Source of the DNA: Terriglobia bacterium
Lineage (GTDB): Bacteria > Acidobacteriota > Terriglobia > JAJPHL01 > JAPKYU01
Reading direction: 5' to 3'
Assembly (NCBI GenBank): GCA_965206645.1
Contig: CBDBKE010000001.1
Span: forward strand, 288,001 to 352,000
Length of the DNA: 64,000 nt
The translations under genes were made by a program, and so were the position numbers. The notes beneath the pieces were generated by a model, which was not told the origin of the DNA, ran no database searches, and saw only the letters and a list, made by a program, of their open reading frames with translations. This document shows, one piece after another, positions 41,841 through 53,285 of this stretch. Every line of letters starts with the position of its first letter. Within the stretch, counting starts at the first letter, position 1.

Positions 41841-41943
41841 CTCATTGACGATTCGGAATGCAGGAACCAACGAAACAATCGTCAATACAGCCACCCCCAA
41901 CCGGCCAACAATCGTCAATGGATCAAATGTTGATGGATCAATC
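41835..41943. repeat. Cluster of ATTGACGATT / AATCGTCAAT inverted repeats
   Basis: ATTGACGATT at 41844-41853 is complementary to AATCGTCAAT at 41877-41886 and 41910-41919. Confidence 0.7.
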
Positions 41944-43114
41944 TGGGGCCTCACTGCTTCCCGTTTTGCTGCCCTTTGAGGCTTCCCGTTTTGATTTCAC
42001 TGCCATTCCTGCGAGTCCGGGGGTTTTCCTCCTGGAAACCGAGGGCGAGCCCTTCTTAGGAAAGAGCGCGTCGTTGCGCCGCCGGCTGCAACGCCTGCTG
42101 GAGTCCCCCGAACCGATGCCCACCGGAACCAGGGAGGCCGCCCGCGGCGCCCGGCGCTTGAACTTGCGCGGTGCCACCACCGCCATCCGTTACCGCGCGA
42201 CCGGCTCCGTGTTTGAAACCTCCGTGTTGCTCTATCGGGCGGCGCGGGCCGCTTTTCCCGAACGCTACCGCGAGCTGCTCCGGCTGCGTCCGCCGCCGCT
42301 GCTGAAGGTGAACCTGGCGAATCCCTACCCGCGCTGCTACGTCACGCGCCGCCTGGGACCTGGTCCGGCCCTCTACTACGGGCCGTTTCCGACGCGGGCG
42401 GCGGCCGAGAAGTTCGCCCCGCAAATCCTGGACCTGTTCCTGGTGCGCCGGTGCGTGGAGGCGATCCATCCGGACCCGTCTCATCCCGGCTGCATCTACG
42501 GCGAGATGAGCATGTGCCTGCGCCCGTGCCAGGACGCCTGCACCCAGGAGCACTATCGGGAGGAGGTGGCGCGCCTTACGACTTTCTTCTCCAGTAGCGG
42601 CACGTCACTGGTAAAGATCATCGAGGCCGAACGCGACGGCGCCTCCGAGCAACTGGACTTTGAGGAGGCTGCGCGCCTGCAACGGCGACTAGAGAAGGTC
42701 GAGCAGGCGATGAAGCACAGGCCCGAGCTTGCCATGGACCTGGAGCACCTGAACGGACTGGTGATACAACCGTCGGCCCAATCGCCCGCAGTGGAATTGT
42801 TCCCTCTCTGGAGGGGCTTCCTGCAGCCTCAGGTAACCTTTACCTTGGAGGTGGTGGATGGCAGGCCGGTGTCGCTGGACGCCCGGCTGCGCGAGCTGCT
42901 TCTGGACCTGGAGTTCGGTGAAGGCTCGGCGCGGTCTCGTGCCGAGCATCTGGCGCTACTGACGCGCTGGTACTACCGTGGCACGCGGGTGGGAGAGTTC
43001 GTTCCCTTCGACAACTGCCGGCAGCTTCCTTTCCGTAAGATTGTCGGGGCCGTCAGCCGCGTGGCCCGCCGCGCTTCCCCACCCCCAGGTTCATCGGAAA
43101 CGCTTCCCGCCTGA
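41858..43114 (+). CDS. UvrC/Cho-like GIY-YIG nuclease (true start probably ~41930 or later)
   Basis: PGVF...LGKS..LRRRL, YYGPF, Cys cluster C...CIYGEMSMCLRPC, UVR motif LDFEEAA. Confidence 0.8.
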   Translation: MQEPTKQSSIQPPPTGQQSSMDQMLMDQSGASLLPVLLPFEASRFDFTAIPASPGVFLLETEGEPFLGKSASLRRRLQRLLESPEPMPTGTREAARGARRLNLRGATTAIRYRATGSVFETSVLLYRAARAAFPERYRELLRLRPPPLLKVNLANPYPRCYVTRRLGPGPALYYGPFPTRAAAEKFAPQILDLFLVRRCVEAIHPDPSHPGCIYGEMSMCLRPCQDACTQEHYREEVARLTTFFSSSGTSLVKIIEAERDGASEQLDFEEAARLQRRLEKVEQAMKHRPELAMDLEHLNGLVIQPSAQSPAVELFPLWRGFLQPQVTFTLEVVDGRPVSLDARLRELLLDLEFGEGSARSRAEHLALLTRWYYRGTRVGEFVPFDNCRQLPFRKIVGAVSRVARRASPPPGSSETLPA

Positions 43115-43202
43115 GCTTGGCGTTTTGGACAGGCCCCACCGCCCACTACTCCGGCGCGCCAGGCTTGCGGAAAAGGCGTGACTGATATATGGAACCAGAG
43201 AA

Positions 43203-44730
43203 ATGGAATGCGTGCCCCAGCAGCAAAGGCTTTCCTTGCGTTGGTATCTGATCCTGTTCGGCTTTTCAGTCGCGGTGGGACTCCTAGTGTTGTGGCGTTA
43301 TCCGGTCATCTATGGTGGTGACCCGATTATTCGCCTGACGAACTGGGAGCACCTGCGGCTTGCCTACCAATTACCGCTATTCCAGGTGGTGGTCCACTTG
43401 GCCACCCGCATTACCCCTGACCCTTTTTTTCTCCGCTTAGTCCTGGTGCTAGTTTCTGCGCTGGGAGCGTGCGGAATGGCGCGGTTGGCCGCTGCGCCTT
43501 TGGGGCCGAAAGCGGAATCTACGCCGGCCTGCTGTTTGCTTCCAACCACTTCCTGATCTTCCTGGGAAGCGCGCCCTACCAGGAGATGCTGGAGTTGACC
43601 CTGCTGTTTTGGGGCCTGGCTTTGATTTTCGGCCGGTCCCGGAGAGCGGTGCAGGCAGCCGGTTACCTGCTGCTGGCAGCCGCCTGCCTTACCCGCTACG
43701 AGGTGTGGTTTGCGGCCCTGGCAGCGGCGCTGGCGCGCCTGATCCAGTGCCGCCCGCGCCCTCTCGCAGCCTTGCGCCTTGCGCTCTCGTTCGCCATCGG
43801 CCCATTGGCCTGGATCATTCTTAATCATGGCCTTTCTCCAGGCGGAACCATCTTGTTCGACCCCGCTTTCCGGCCAGCGCGCTTGTGGCGGATTCCCTAC
43901 CTTTTGGGCGCGTCGCTGAACCACACCACGTCAGTGGTGGCGGTGTTGGCGCTTGCCGGATTCTGGATCTGGTGGCGGGATCCGGAGCGGAAACGGCATG
44001 CGGGGGTCGTTGAAACCTTGCTGCTAGCGATGGTGTTTTTCTTGCTAGCGCTGCCCCTGACCGCCCACGGAATGGAGCCGGATTACGACCGCTACGTGAC
44101 CAACAGCGAAGTCCATTTCCTGCTACCGTGCTGGTTTCTCATGGCGGCTGCCGGATTGCGCTGGCTTCGCGGTCGCATGCCGGCCGTATTGGCCGTGACG
44201 GCAGCCCCGGCCGTCCTGGTGTTTCTGGTGACGTTTGCCTACGAGGGCTATGCCACCAAGAGAATCCTGGACCAGTCGGTGAAGGAGGGCAATCTGCAGT
44301 TGGACTTCGCGCTGGCGCAGATGCTTTCCACGCGTCTCGGTCCCACTCAAACGGCGCTGATTTTCGCCCGCCCCTTGCCTCCGGAGCAGACGCAGCATTT
44401 CTTGGAGTTGATCCGGCGCCGGCAGGGCGAGGCCGGAGTCCGGGCGGCCCGCCAGATGATGGCGAGCATAAACATCTGGCCGTTCGACTACGCCCGCATC
44501 TGGGTGCACGCGCCGCGGCTGCGCGAACAGCTGGTGCGGGCACAGCAGGCCGATGGTTGGGCCCCAGGCTCAGCGGCGCTGGCCATCGTTTTTGATGACT
44601 ACACACCCTCGAACCCCGCCGAGCAGGCGTTGCTGGAAAGAGTGCAGGGGGTAGCCACGGCCAGCGAGCGTTACCCACCTTTGCTTCCTGAACGTGCCGG
44701 CGCCACGGTTTACTTCTTGTCACGCGGCTC
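43203..44730 (+). pseudogene. Multi-TM GT-C-like (ArnT/PMT-type) membrane protein, frameshifted near 43495
   Basis: GGDPIIR loop after TM1, PYQE and LTRYEVW motifs, many TM helices split over two frames; 3' end uncertain. Confidence 0.6.
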
Positions 44731-44819
44731 TCTGCCCGCGTTGCCCTCCCTCGCATTCCCCATGCACGCTTGGGCGCCCGTTCGTTGTAGAATTCCTGCG
44801 CCATTAAGGTCAAGTTTCT

Positions 44820-45829
44820 ATGTCGGCGTACCGACACCGGGATCCTCTTCTTCTGTCGGTGGAGACCCCCTTGCGGGCGGTCTTTCGCCCGCTCGGGTTC
44901 CGGCTCAAGGTCGAAACCAACGACCGGCGGATTCTGGAGTGCGTCGAGTCAAGTTTCCGCATTTTTTCGCAGGCTGAGCCTCTTGCCGGCGTGGCGCCTG
45001 AGGAAGCAGGCCTGCACATGCAGCTTGTGTGCGCGCCTTCAGATTCCAATGGGCCTCCCTGGGCGCCGGCGGCATATCGGGCCTGGGGGGACCTGTTCGC
45101 CGTGGTGTGCGGTCCGGATAATTTCATGGTGGCGGACCTGGACCGGCGGCGGGTCATGGGTTTTTTTCACCAGCGATGCTGGAAGACCGCGAGTTCTTCC
45201 GCTGGACCTTTCCTGACTGCGCCACCTATGTGTTGCTGGTGCACCACTGGCTCACCCCGGTGCACGCCTCCTGCGTGGTGCGCGACGGATATGGCATCTG
45301 CCTGTCGGGACCAGCAGGGGCCGGCAAAACATCGCTGGCCTACGCTTGCGCCCGCGCTGGCTATCGGCTGTTGACTGAGGATGTCGTTTATTTGAACCGT
45401 TCTGAAAACTCGGCGGCGCTTCTAGGAAACCCCACACACCTTCACTTTCTGGTGTCGGCGCGCGAGCTGTTTCCCGAGCTCAAGCAGGCCCAGGTCACTA
45501 TGAGTCGTGACCGCCAGGAGTGCCTGGCGATGCGCACCGAGGAGTGGCTGCCGGGGCGTGCGGTGACCGAGGCCAAACCCGGCGTGGTGGTTTTTCTCGA
45601 GCGCAGTGACGGCGCCGCGCCGGTCCTGGAAACAGTGCCTGCTGCCGAGGCACGCCGACTGCTGTTCGAGGCGCTGGTTCGGCTGGATGACGAGCAAACC
45701 ATGGTGGCACACGGCCAAGCGCTCCGGCGTTTTGTCGAAGCCGGCGCCTACCGGCTCCGCTACTCCAATTGGGACCAGGCTCTCGAACAATTGGCCAGCC
45801 TGCCTTTGCCAAACAGAACTGCGAAATGA
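44820..45829 (+). pseudogene. HprK-related P-loop kinase, frameshifted near 45165
   Basis: VHASCV, GPAGAGKT Walker A, LLTEDVV; N-terminal half in another frame from 44820. Confidence 0.75.
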
Positions 45830-46047
45830 TTCCCGGGTCACTGAGCACTGTCGTCTGGATTGGGTTGTTCTTGTTCGCCTGGGTGTCCCCCGTGCGAGAC
45901 CAAGTGGCTTCGGCCACCATTACCTGTGTGGTCTAGGGCCCGTCGGGAATGCCGGTCCCAGAAGCGCTGGTGAGGGCGCAGTCGCTCAACCTCGCTTTCG
46001 AGCGTTCGCAGCAGAGCGCGATCCGCGGCGCATCCAGATGGCGCTGA
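45826..46047 (+). pseudogene. N-terminal remnant of a secreted carboxypeptidase-regulatory-like domain protein
   Basis: ATGA-coupled start; signal peptide then ATITCVV*GPSGMPVPEALV with TAG at 45934-45936. Confidence 0.55.
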
Positions 46048-46093
46048 AGCTGAATCTGTAAGATTTCAGGAAGCGCGAGCGCCTGAAGCCACA

Positions 46094-47323
46094 ATGAAGC
46101 CCGCGGAGTTGGCAACGACGTGCCTTTCTTTTGATCCGCCGACAGCACATCGGGCGCTCGGCGAGTGGGCCGCCGGTGACGAAGCGCAGCGTCGCAGGCT
46201 GCTCGCCTTTGCCGACCGGGCCGGTCTGACCCTGCACCTTCGGCGGGTGGCCCAAGACGCAGGGGTGGAGCTGCCTCCATCGGACCGGGCCGGCTGCGAG
46301 GAACGCCTGCGAAAAAACAGGCTGCGTTTGCAGAAGCACAGGGAGGAGACCGCCGCGCTGCTGACCCTGTTCCGCAGCGCCGGACTGCGCGCTGCCGTTC
46401 TCCGAGGGTGCACTCTGGAGCCCGACTTTGTGCCCGCGGCCCACGACCGGGTCCAATACGACCTGGATTTCTACCTCTCCCCCGACCACGCCCGGACGGC
46501 GTTTGCCCTGCTGCAGGCGCGCGGCTATGAGTCCCTGGTCGGCCGTGATGGTGGGCCCCTCGACCACCTGCCCGCGCTGGCCCGCAAGACCGGCTGGGAA
46601 TGGCGCGGCGATTTTTTCGACCTCGACATCCCGCTGCGGATCGACCTGCACTTCCAGTTGTGGGACTCCGGCTTCGAATGCATTCCGGTTCAGTTCCATC
46701 CAGAGCCACTGACGCGCCTGACCGAGCGGCACGGGATTCCCATGCTGGACGGCTGCGATCAGCTTGCTTCGTGCGCGTTACACACGCTGCGGCACCTGTT
46801 CCGGGGCAGCCTACGCGTGTCGCACTTGTACGAAATCGCGCATTTCCTCGACACGCACGCTTCTGCCAGCGAGTTTTGGCGCCAATGGCGCGAGACGCCC
46901 AACCCATCCCTGCGCCGCCTTTGCGCCGCCACTTTCGCTTTGGCTTCCCGGGTGTTTCAGTGCCGCCTGGCTCCCGAGCTTGAGCCCGAGATGGCGCTGC
47001 TGCCACCGCGGGCCAGTGCTTGGGTGACGCAGTTTTCCAGCACGGTGGTCGAACAGCAGCGTTCCCGCAAGGCGGAGGTGTTGCTGCAACTGAGCTTCAT
47101 TGCAGGATGGCGCCGCCGGCTGCGGGTGCTGCGGCGGCGCTTGCTGCCGCTGTCGCTGCCCGATCCTGTTGATGCGGTCTACCTGCCAGCCGAACGGCTC
47201 TCTGCGGCACGTCGTCTTCTGCGGACCACGCGCCAGGCTCGCTTTGTTCTGTCTCGCGTATTCTTTCACTTGCGGGCCCTTCCGGGCTTCTTGCGGGCTG
47301 TGGGGGCTTGGTGGTTGCGGTGA
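46094..47323 (+). CDS. Nucleotidyltransferase family protein (NTP_transf_5-like)
   Basis: AVLRG...RVQYDLDFY...LQARGY...IDLHFQLW...LYEIA pattern. Confidence 0.75.
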   Translation: MKPAELATTCLSFDPPTAHRALGEWAAGDEAQRRRLLAFADRAGLTLHLRRVAQDAGVELPPSDRAGCEERLRKNRLRLQKHREETAALLTLFRSAGLRAAVLRGCTLEPDFVPAAHDRVQYDLDFYLSPDHARTAFALLQARGYESLVGRDGGPLDHLPALARKTGWEWRGDFFDLDIPLRIDLHFQLWDSGFECIPVQFHPEPLTRLTERHGIPMLDGCDQLASCALHTLRHLFRGSLRVSHLYEIAHFLDTHASASEFWRQWRETPNPSLRRLCAATFALASRVFQCRLAPELEPEMALLPPRASAWVTQFSSTVVEQQRSRKAEVLLQLSFIAGWRRRLRVLRRRLLPLSLPDPVDAVYLPAERLSAARRLLRTTRQARFVLSRVFFHLRALPGFLRAVGAWWLR

Positions 47324-47410
47324 ACCGCGATCTGGGAATTTACTTCGGCGGGGTCGTGCTGGTTTCCCTGGGCATGTTCGTACACGGGGCGCTGTTTGTT
47401 GTGCTGGGCG

Positions 47411-48565
47411 TCACGGGCGTGGCGGCCGCTGCGCTATTTGCCGCGTTATTTTCTCCAGCATTTCTGCGCGAAAGCGCTCCACTTGCCAGCGACGCTGGTA
47501 GCTCTCCCGCCCGCCGCGAATAAGCTTTTCCCGGAGCGATTGGTCGCCCAAGAGCTGAACCAGCGTCCGTGCCAGCTCGTCGGCATTGCCGCGGTGGAAC
47601 AGCAGGCCGTTGGCCCCCGGCTCAACCACTTCCGGGATGCCGCCGGCGTCGGAGGCTACCACTGCAATGCCGCCCCCGAACGCTTCCAGGATCACCCGCC
47701 CCAGGGCCTCTCGATGCGAGGCAACCGCCAGCACGTCGAGGCCGGCCAGGGCGTCCGTGGGGGAGGGGAGTGGCCCGGGAAATTCCACCCGTCTGGCTCC
47801 CAACGTCTTTGCCCGCTGGTAAAGCCGGCGGGCGTATGCTTCATCGGCCACAGCCCCCACCAGCCGAAACCGTGCTTCCGGAAAGGCCTGCAACACTGCG
47901 GGCGCGGCGCGCAGCAGATCAAGCTGGCCCTTGTCGGGATGAAGCGCACCGATGATTCCGATGATCGGCCGATGTAAAGGAGCCATAGCTGAGCTCCGTT
48001 GAGCTTGCTGGCTGGGGAGTTTCACTAGAGGAACGCCGTTGTAGACGACCTCAGCGCTTCGCCGAATCAGGCTGCGGCGCGGGAACGGACGCAGGCACGC
48101 GTGACTGCAAGCCACCACCGCCGGGCGGGCCAGGCGAGCCGCCGCCTGTACCAGGCTGCGCTCGCGAGCCGATGCCAGTTCCAGATGCAGGTGCCAGAGC
48201 AGATGAAGGTCCGAGCGGCGGGCGACCACCGCCGTGGCGGGAAACAAACGCGGCCCGTTGGCGTAAAGCAGGGCCGCCCGCAGCACGTGCGCCAATTGCG
48301 TGAGGCGCGTGACCAATACCGGCTGGCGCAGCGCATAGCGCAGCATGTCGGCTGGCGACTTGGCTCCCGAGCGGTAATGTCCCAGCACCAGCGGCTCCCA
48401 GCGAATCCGCAGGCGCTCCAGTTCGGCGGTGAGCGGCCCAGGGCCGGGCAGCGCCACCACCGGAGTGTAAGACTCGGCCAGTGCCGGGAGCAGGTCCAGC
48501 AGGGAACGCTGGGCGCCACCCAATTCCGAAAACTGGTCCGCGATTAGAATCGTTGGACGGCTCAT
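47411..48565 (-). CDS. GT4 glycosyltransferase
   Basis: GGAQRSL, VYNGV, KGQLDLL, EALGRVILEA, GGIPEVV; ATGA-coupled to the upstream gene. Confidence 0.9.
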   Translation of the reverse strand: MSRPTILIADQFSELGGAQRSLLDLLPALAESYTPVVALPGPGPLTAELERLRIRWEPLVLGHYRSGAKSPADMLRYALRQPVLVTRLTQLAHVLRAALLYANGPRLFPATAVVARRSDLHLLWHLHLELASARERSLVQAAARLARPAVVACSHACLRPFPRRSLIRRSAEVVYNGVPLVKLPSQQAQRSSAMAPLHRPIIGIIGALHPDKGQLDLLRAAPAVLQAFPEARFRLVGAVADEAYARRLYQRAKTLGARRVEFPGPLPSPTDALAGLDVLAVASHREALGRVILEAFGGGIAVVASDAGGIPEVVEPGANGLLFHRGNADELARTLVQLLGDQSLREKLIRGGRESYQRRWQVERFRAEMLEKITRQIAQRPPRP

Positions 48566-50033
48566 CGCTGGCTCGGCCCGCCCTCCGCTAGCGTGCGGCT
48601 GCGCCGTATGGCTGCGCCCAGAATGGCAAAGTACACGGGGGTGACCCGCCAGTAGGTGAGGGTGTCGCCGGAGAGCATCTGCACCATCTGACCGCACCAG
48701 AAAGCAAATAGGAAGCAGCCGAGTGCCGACACGGCGGCCTCGCTGTGACGGCCCAGGCGGTAGGCGTGCGCCAGTAGCGCTCCGCATAGCAACAACAGAG
48801 CCAACAGGCCGGGGAGGCCGGTCTCTACCAGCAAGCTGAGGTACATATTGTCGGCCACGATGTCCCGCCCGAGGTACGCGGTGTAGGGAAGCGATTTGTA
48901 GCCGATACCCAACAACAGATGTTGCGGGTTCTCCGCGAGGAAGCCGGCGAGGAAGTGCCACGAGTCCAAGCGGAAGGAGAACACGCGGTTAGGATCGTCG
49001 AGCAGTTGCGAGAATGTGAAGGCTACTCGGTAGCCGTAGCGAAGCGCCATCTCAGGCGCAAGCAAGATCACCGCGAGTGCCGCAGCGACCGACAGCATCA
49101 CCATCCTGAGCACGGGGCGGAGGCGCCACAGCACATTTCGGCGCAGCCAAGCCAGCACCAGCAGCGCGACCAGAAGGTTGGCCATGGAAGCGCGCGAGAA
49201 GGAAAGCAGCAGCGCGGCCGCCAACACAGGCACCGGCAACCAGAGGAGCCAGCTTGGAAGACGGAGCTGGCGGCGCGCCTCCCGATCCAAGGCCGCAATC
49301 AGCGCCAACACCATGGCGCAGAAATTTCCCGGCGTGCTGGCGTCATAGAAGACGCCCTGCGCCCGCCGGTAGTGGCCTTCCGGCATGTAAATGTACTAGG
49401 CAGAGAAGCGCACCGGAGTGGGGAACTTGTAGAAAAATCCACCACGGCGAAGGCTGCCGACAGCAACGCCACTACCAGCACAACTTTTATCAGCAGCGCG
49501 GCGAAGTTTCCGGAACTTCCGGAGCCATCTGCTCCGGCGCGCGATGCCGGGCCCCAGGCGGTCCAGGCCAGCAGAACGAAACTCTGGCAGAGCAGTAGCC
49601 AGCGGAGTGCGGATTGCGCTCCTACCGCGGTCCCGGAGTAAAGAAATGCGAGGGGGAGTGACGCCAGCAGGACGCCGAGAAACGCGCACCAGGCCAGGAC
49701 CAGCGAGCTGCGTTCCAGGTGCCATTCGGGCAGGCGTACCCAGCCGACCAGCAGCGCAGCCGCGACCACTGCAACCGCCGGATGCACCGGCAATTCCAGC
49801 CCGGCCACCGTGACTGGAAATGGCGGAGCCACCAGCGCAAGAGCAATCCAGACGGGAATCCAGGCGAGAGGGTGGCTGAGCAGGAAAGCCAGGGCTGCGG
49901 CGACCACCGGAACAATCAGCAACGCAGCCGTTGCCGGCACGTCGCGTATCAGAGCGGCCGCTCCGGCAGAGGCTGCAATCAGCGCCAGTGGCCAGCGACG
50001 CGCCTAAGGGAACGGGAAACTAAACTGATGCAT
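48562..50033 (-). pseudogene. O-antigen ligase/Wzy polymerase-family protein with three lesions
   Basis: RAQGVF, SFSRAS, GIGY, DNMYL..LVETG; TAG 50004-50006, frameshift near 49435, TAG 49396-49398. Confidence 0.82.
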
Positions 50034-50098
50034 CACAATTTGGATATCTTGCGACTTAAGTCCGGAGATTAATCCTAGGATTCCGCCAATTGTGAGGA

Positions 50099-51247
50099 TT
50101 ATGCCCTACGTGGCTCCGGCTCTGCGTAATTTGCGGATTCGTGTTCAGGCATTTTTGTCACTTTCGTTAGAAACAGCCACAATGCGCTTTCAAAACGGAG
50201 CCGGGAAAATTGCAGGCTGTTCCTGCGAGCAGCATCTGCGTCGAAGTCCAAATTTTCTAGCGCGGCAACAGCGGCCGCCAGCGAACTTTCCGTTTGCTCG
50301 GAAAAGAACATGCCGCTTCGGCCGGGCAGGATCGTCTCCAGCGCGCCCCCGTGCCCGTAAGCCACGACCGGCTTGCCGCAGGCCTGTGCCTCCAGCGGAA
50401 CGATGCCAAAATCCTCCAGCCCAGGGAAGAGCAGGGCACGACAGCCGCGATAGAGTTCGCGCAGGCACTCATCGCTGACCCAGCCGGTGAACTTCACGTT
50501 CGGACCGGCGATGCGGCGCAAGGCGCGGGCTTGTGAGCCGCTGCCGGCCACGACCAGCCGCTTTCCCAGCCGGTTCATCGCGCGGATCGCCAGATCCACG
50601 CGCTTGTAAGGCTCCAGTGCCGCAACCACCAAAAAAGAGCCGCCAGTCGAAGTTGGGTTGCCCGGGCCCGGCGTGAAAAAGTCCGTATCCACCGGGGGAT
50701 GCAGCACAATCGAGTGGCGCCCGTAGAGTTTCCAAATTCGTTGCCGCACGTTTTCCGAATTGGCCAAAAACTGCGTGACCCCGTGGCTGGAACGCAAATC
50801 CCACTTGCGCAGGTTCCCCTGCCAGGCACCCAGAAGCAGCTTGCGCAGGCGGCGTAGCGGCCCGAACTGAAAGTAGTCTGCCGAGGTGTCCCAGAGGTAG
50901 CGCATTGGCGTGTGGCAGTAGCAGAGGTGGGGAACGCCGGCCGGGACACGCACCCCCTTGGCGACGGCATGGCTGCTGCTGAGCACCAAGTCGTAACGCC
51001 GCAGATCGAAGCCTTCCACCGCCGCCGGCGCCAGCGGCAGCAGGTAGCGATAGTAACGCCCGACACCTGGCAGCCGGTTCAGCCAGGAAACGATGACCTG
51101 GTGGCCGGCCACCAACTGGCCCACTTTTTCCGGGAGATAGAACAGCGTGAACAGGTCGGCGCCGGGCAGGAGGCGGCAGAACGACTCCAGCACCTTCTCG
51201 CCGCCCCGCCTACCGGTCAGCCAGTCGTGGACGATGGCCACTTTCAT
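50099..51247 (-). CDS. GT4 glycosyltransferase
   Basis: MKVAIVHDWLTG.RGGEKVL, YCHTPMRY, YKRVDLAI, EDFGIVPLEAQACG. Confidence 0.92.
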   Translation of the reverse strand: MKVAIVHDWLTGRRGGEKVLESFCRLLPGADLFTLFYLPEKVGQLVAGHQVIVSWLNRLPGVGRYYRYLLPLAPAAVEGFDLRRYDLVLSSSHAVAKGVRVPAGVPHLCYCHTPMRYLWDTSADYFQFGPLRRLRKLLLGAWQGNLRKWDLRSSHGVTQFLANSENVRQRIWKLYGRHSIVLHPPVDTDFFTPGPGNPTSTGGSFLVVAALEPYKRVDLAIRAMNRLGKRLVVAGSGSQARALRRIAGPNVKFTGWVSDECLRELYRGCRALLFPGLEDFGIVPLEAQACGKPVVAYGHGGALETILPGRSGMFFSEQTESSLAAAVAALENLDFDADAARRNSLQFSRLRFESALWLFLTKVTKMPEHESANYAEPEPRRA

Positions 51248-51255
51248 GACCACCT

Positions 51256-52176
51256 TCAGGGAACGCCAACGTGCGTATGGTTTTCTTGGGAGGACCTGAC
51301 CCGAACTTCGCCGGCGTCCCGCTCCAGAGCCCAGTTCCACACCCAGGTCTCGTAGAGAAGGCTGCCCAGAAACCCCAGCAATGCCGCCAGCAGGACATTC
51401 AATCCCAGGCGCGGGCGGATGGGCCGGGAAGCAACGATCCCCGAGTCGGCGAGGAGCAGTTCTTCCTGGCGGGCGGCCATGTCGAGCTCGGCTTGGCCGG
51501 CGCGCTCGCTGTAGGATGCCACGGCTCTCTCCGCCAACTCGTAGTTGAGTTCCAGCTCCTTGAGGCGCAACTTGAGAGGAGCCACATCGACGCGGCTGGT
51601 GCGCTGGAATTTTTCCAGCGCCTCTTGCGTTTCGCCCAACCGGGCGAGGAGCCGTTCCTGCTCTTTTTCAAACTGCTGCGCCGCCCGTTGCGCTTCCGCC
51701 GAGTTCATTGCTGCATTCGACTGGACAGCCAGGCGTGCCAAGCTGAGAGCAACTTCGTGCGCCTTCTGTGGATTCGAGAGACGAACGCGCACCTTCAGAA
51801 TCTTCGTGTTTTCCAGCAGGGTGACGTTCAACGCCGAGCCGCGGAAGTTGGCAACAGTGTAGCCGTAGGGGGGCTGGTCCAGCTTAGTCTGGCGAATCAG
51901 GCGGTCCAGCAATCCGTCACTCTGCAGAACATGCTCATAGCTCCGCAAGTATTCCAGGTAGGTGCGGTTTACGAAGGCGGAGAAGCGCGCCTCGCTGCCA
52001 GCCCGCTGGATGATTGCAGGTTGGATCACCAGCGTGACGGTCGCCTCGTACGTTTTCGGCAACAGCAGGCTCACGGCCAGGGCGACGGCTGAGGCCACTG
52101 CAACCACCAGCGCCATGCGCCTCCAGCGGCCCAGCATAGCCCGCAGGTAGAGCATCAGTTCAAAAGGAGCGGGCAT
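51256..52176 (-). CDS. Wzz-like polysaccharide co-polymerase
   Basis: N-terminal TM + PKTYEATVTL, coiled coil, RPIRPR + C-terminal TM. Confidence 0.8.
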   Translation of the reverse strand: MPAPFELMLYLRAMLGRWRRMALVVAVASAVALAVSLLLPKTYEATVTLVIQPAIIQRAGSEARFSAFVNRTYLEYLRSYEHVLQSDGLLDRLIRQTKLDQPPYGYTVANFRGSALNVTLLENTKILKVRVRLSNPQKAHEVALSLARLAVQSNAAMNSAEAQRAAQQFEKEQERLLARLGETQEALEKFQRTSRVDVAPLKLRLKELELNYELAERAVASYSERAGQAELDMAARQEELLLADSGIVASRPIRPRLGLNVLLAALLGFLGSLLYETWVWNWALERDAGEVRVRSSQENHTHVGVP

Positions 52177-52189
52177 GATCACGGACCTC

Positions 52190-53256
52190 GGGAATCGCCT
52201 CGGGAGGTCTGGTGGCCGAAGGCAAGGTTGGCGCCACGGTCGCAGCGCGCCGCCGCAGCGCACGCAGGGGCGTTCGCAGCAGAATTTTTAAGCCAAACCC
52301 AGCGACCAGTTCCGCAAATAGTACAGGTCGTACTCCAGCCGCCGCGAAATGTCGCTGGCGCCAGTGAGCCCGTGAATCTGGGCCCATCCCGTGATCCCCG
52401 GTTTCAGCCGCTGGCGCAGCGAGTAGCTTTCCAGAGCCTGACCGAAGCCCTCGGCAAAATGAGGGCGCTCAGGGCGCGGCCCAACCACGCTCATCTCGCC
52501 GCGCAGCACGTTCCAACACTGCGGCCATTCATCCAGGCCCAGGCGACGCAGGACTCGTCCCAGGGAGCCGGCTTCGGGCGGAGCAGTGTCGCTCCAGCGA
52601 TGCTCGCTCATGTCCGGCGGTCCTACCGGCAGGGTCCGGAACTTGTACAGGGTGAACGACCGACCGTTCCAGCCGATTCGTTCCTGCGCAAAAAGCGCCG
52701 GCCCGGGAGAGGAAGCTTTGATCGCCAGCGCAATCGCGGCAGCCAGCGGGGCGCCCAGAACCAGGGCAGCTGAGGCGATCATGATGTCCAGCGCCCGTTT
52801 GACCACTGCGCAGGAAAAACGCCTGCCGGGGAACAAACCCACATCCACCAGCAACAGGTCTTCCTTGCGACGCACCGCTGCAGCGCCGGGCAACTCCAGC
52901 GCCACCCGAACGGGAACCGGCAGGGCCTGCAAGGCTTCTAGTACCGTGGGCAGGCAGGAAATCTCTTCGGCCGAAGGCGCCACCAGGATCTCGTCCCAGC
53001 AGCCCGTATTGCGCAGGGCGCGGATCTCCTGATCCTGGTCTGCGCGCAGGAATTCCACCTGTGCCCGAGCGGGGAGCAGTTGCAAAATGCATGGGTGGCT
53101 CCCAATGACAACCACCTGAGTCGGCTGGCGCCACACAATTCGCTGGCACAGGCGCGTCAGGTAAAAGGCCGAAGCAAGGGAATGTAGACGCCGTAGAAGC
53201 ATGGTGCCGGACCGGAAGCGGTCACGAATTACTTGACCAGAAGACGCGAACCACAA
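52190..53256 (-). pseudogene. Polyprenyl-phosphate sugar transferase (WcaJ/WbaP-like), frameshifted near its C-terminus
   Basis: KRALD, YKFRTL, LDEWPQ..NVLRGEMSVVGPRPE, KPGITGWAQ; WSLGL then LKILLRT in another frame near 52293; N-terminus looks eroded. Confidence 0.8.
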
Positions 53257-53285
53257 TATACCGGCAAGGGCGGCAAATCAACGGG

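Noticed and set aside
45826-45936. 36-aa ORF between the kinase and nucleotidyltransferase as a RiPP/lasso precursor
   Set aside because: It looks like a signal peptide, and the frame continues past the TAG with a carboxypeptidase-regulatory-like pattern. There is no lasso leader motif or cyclase nearby.
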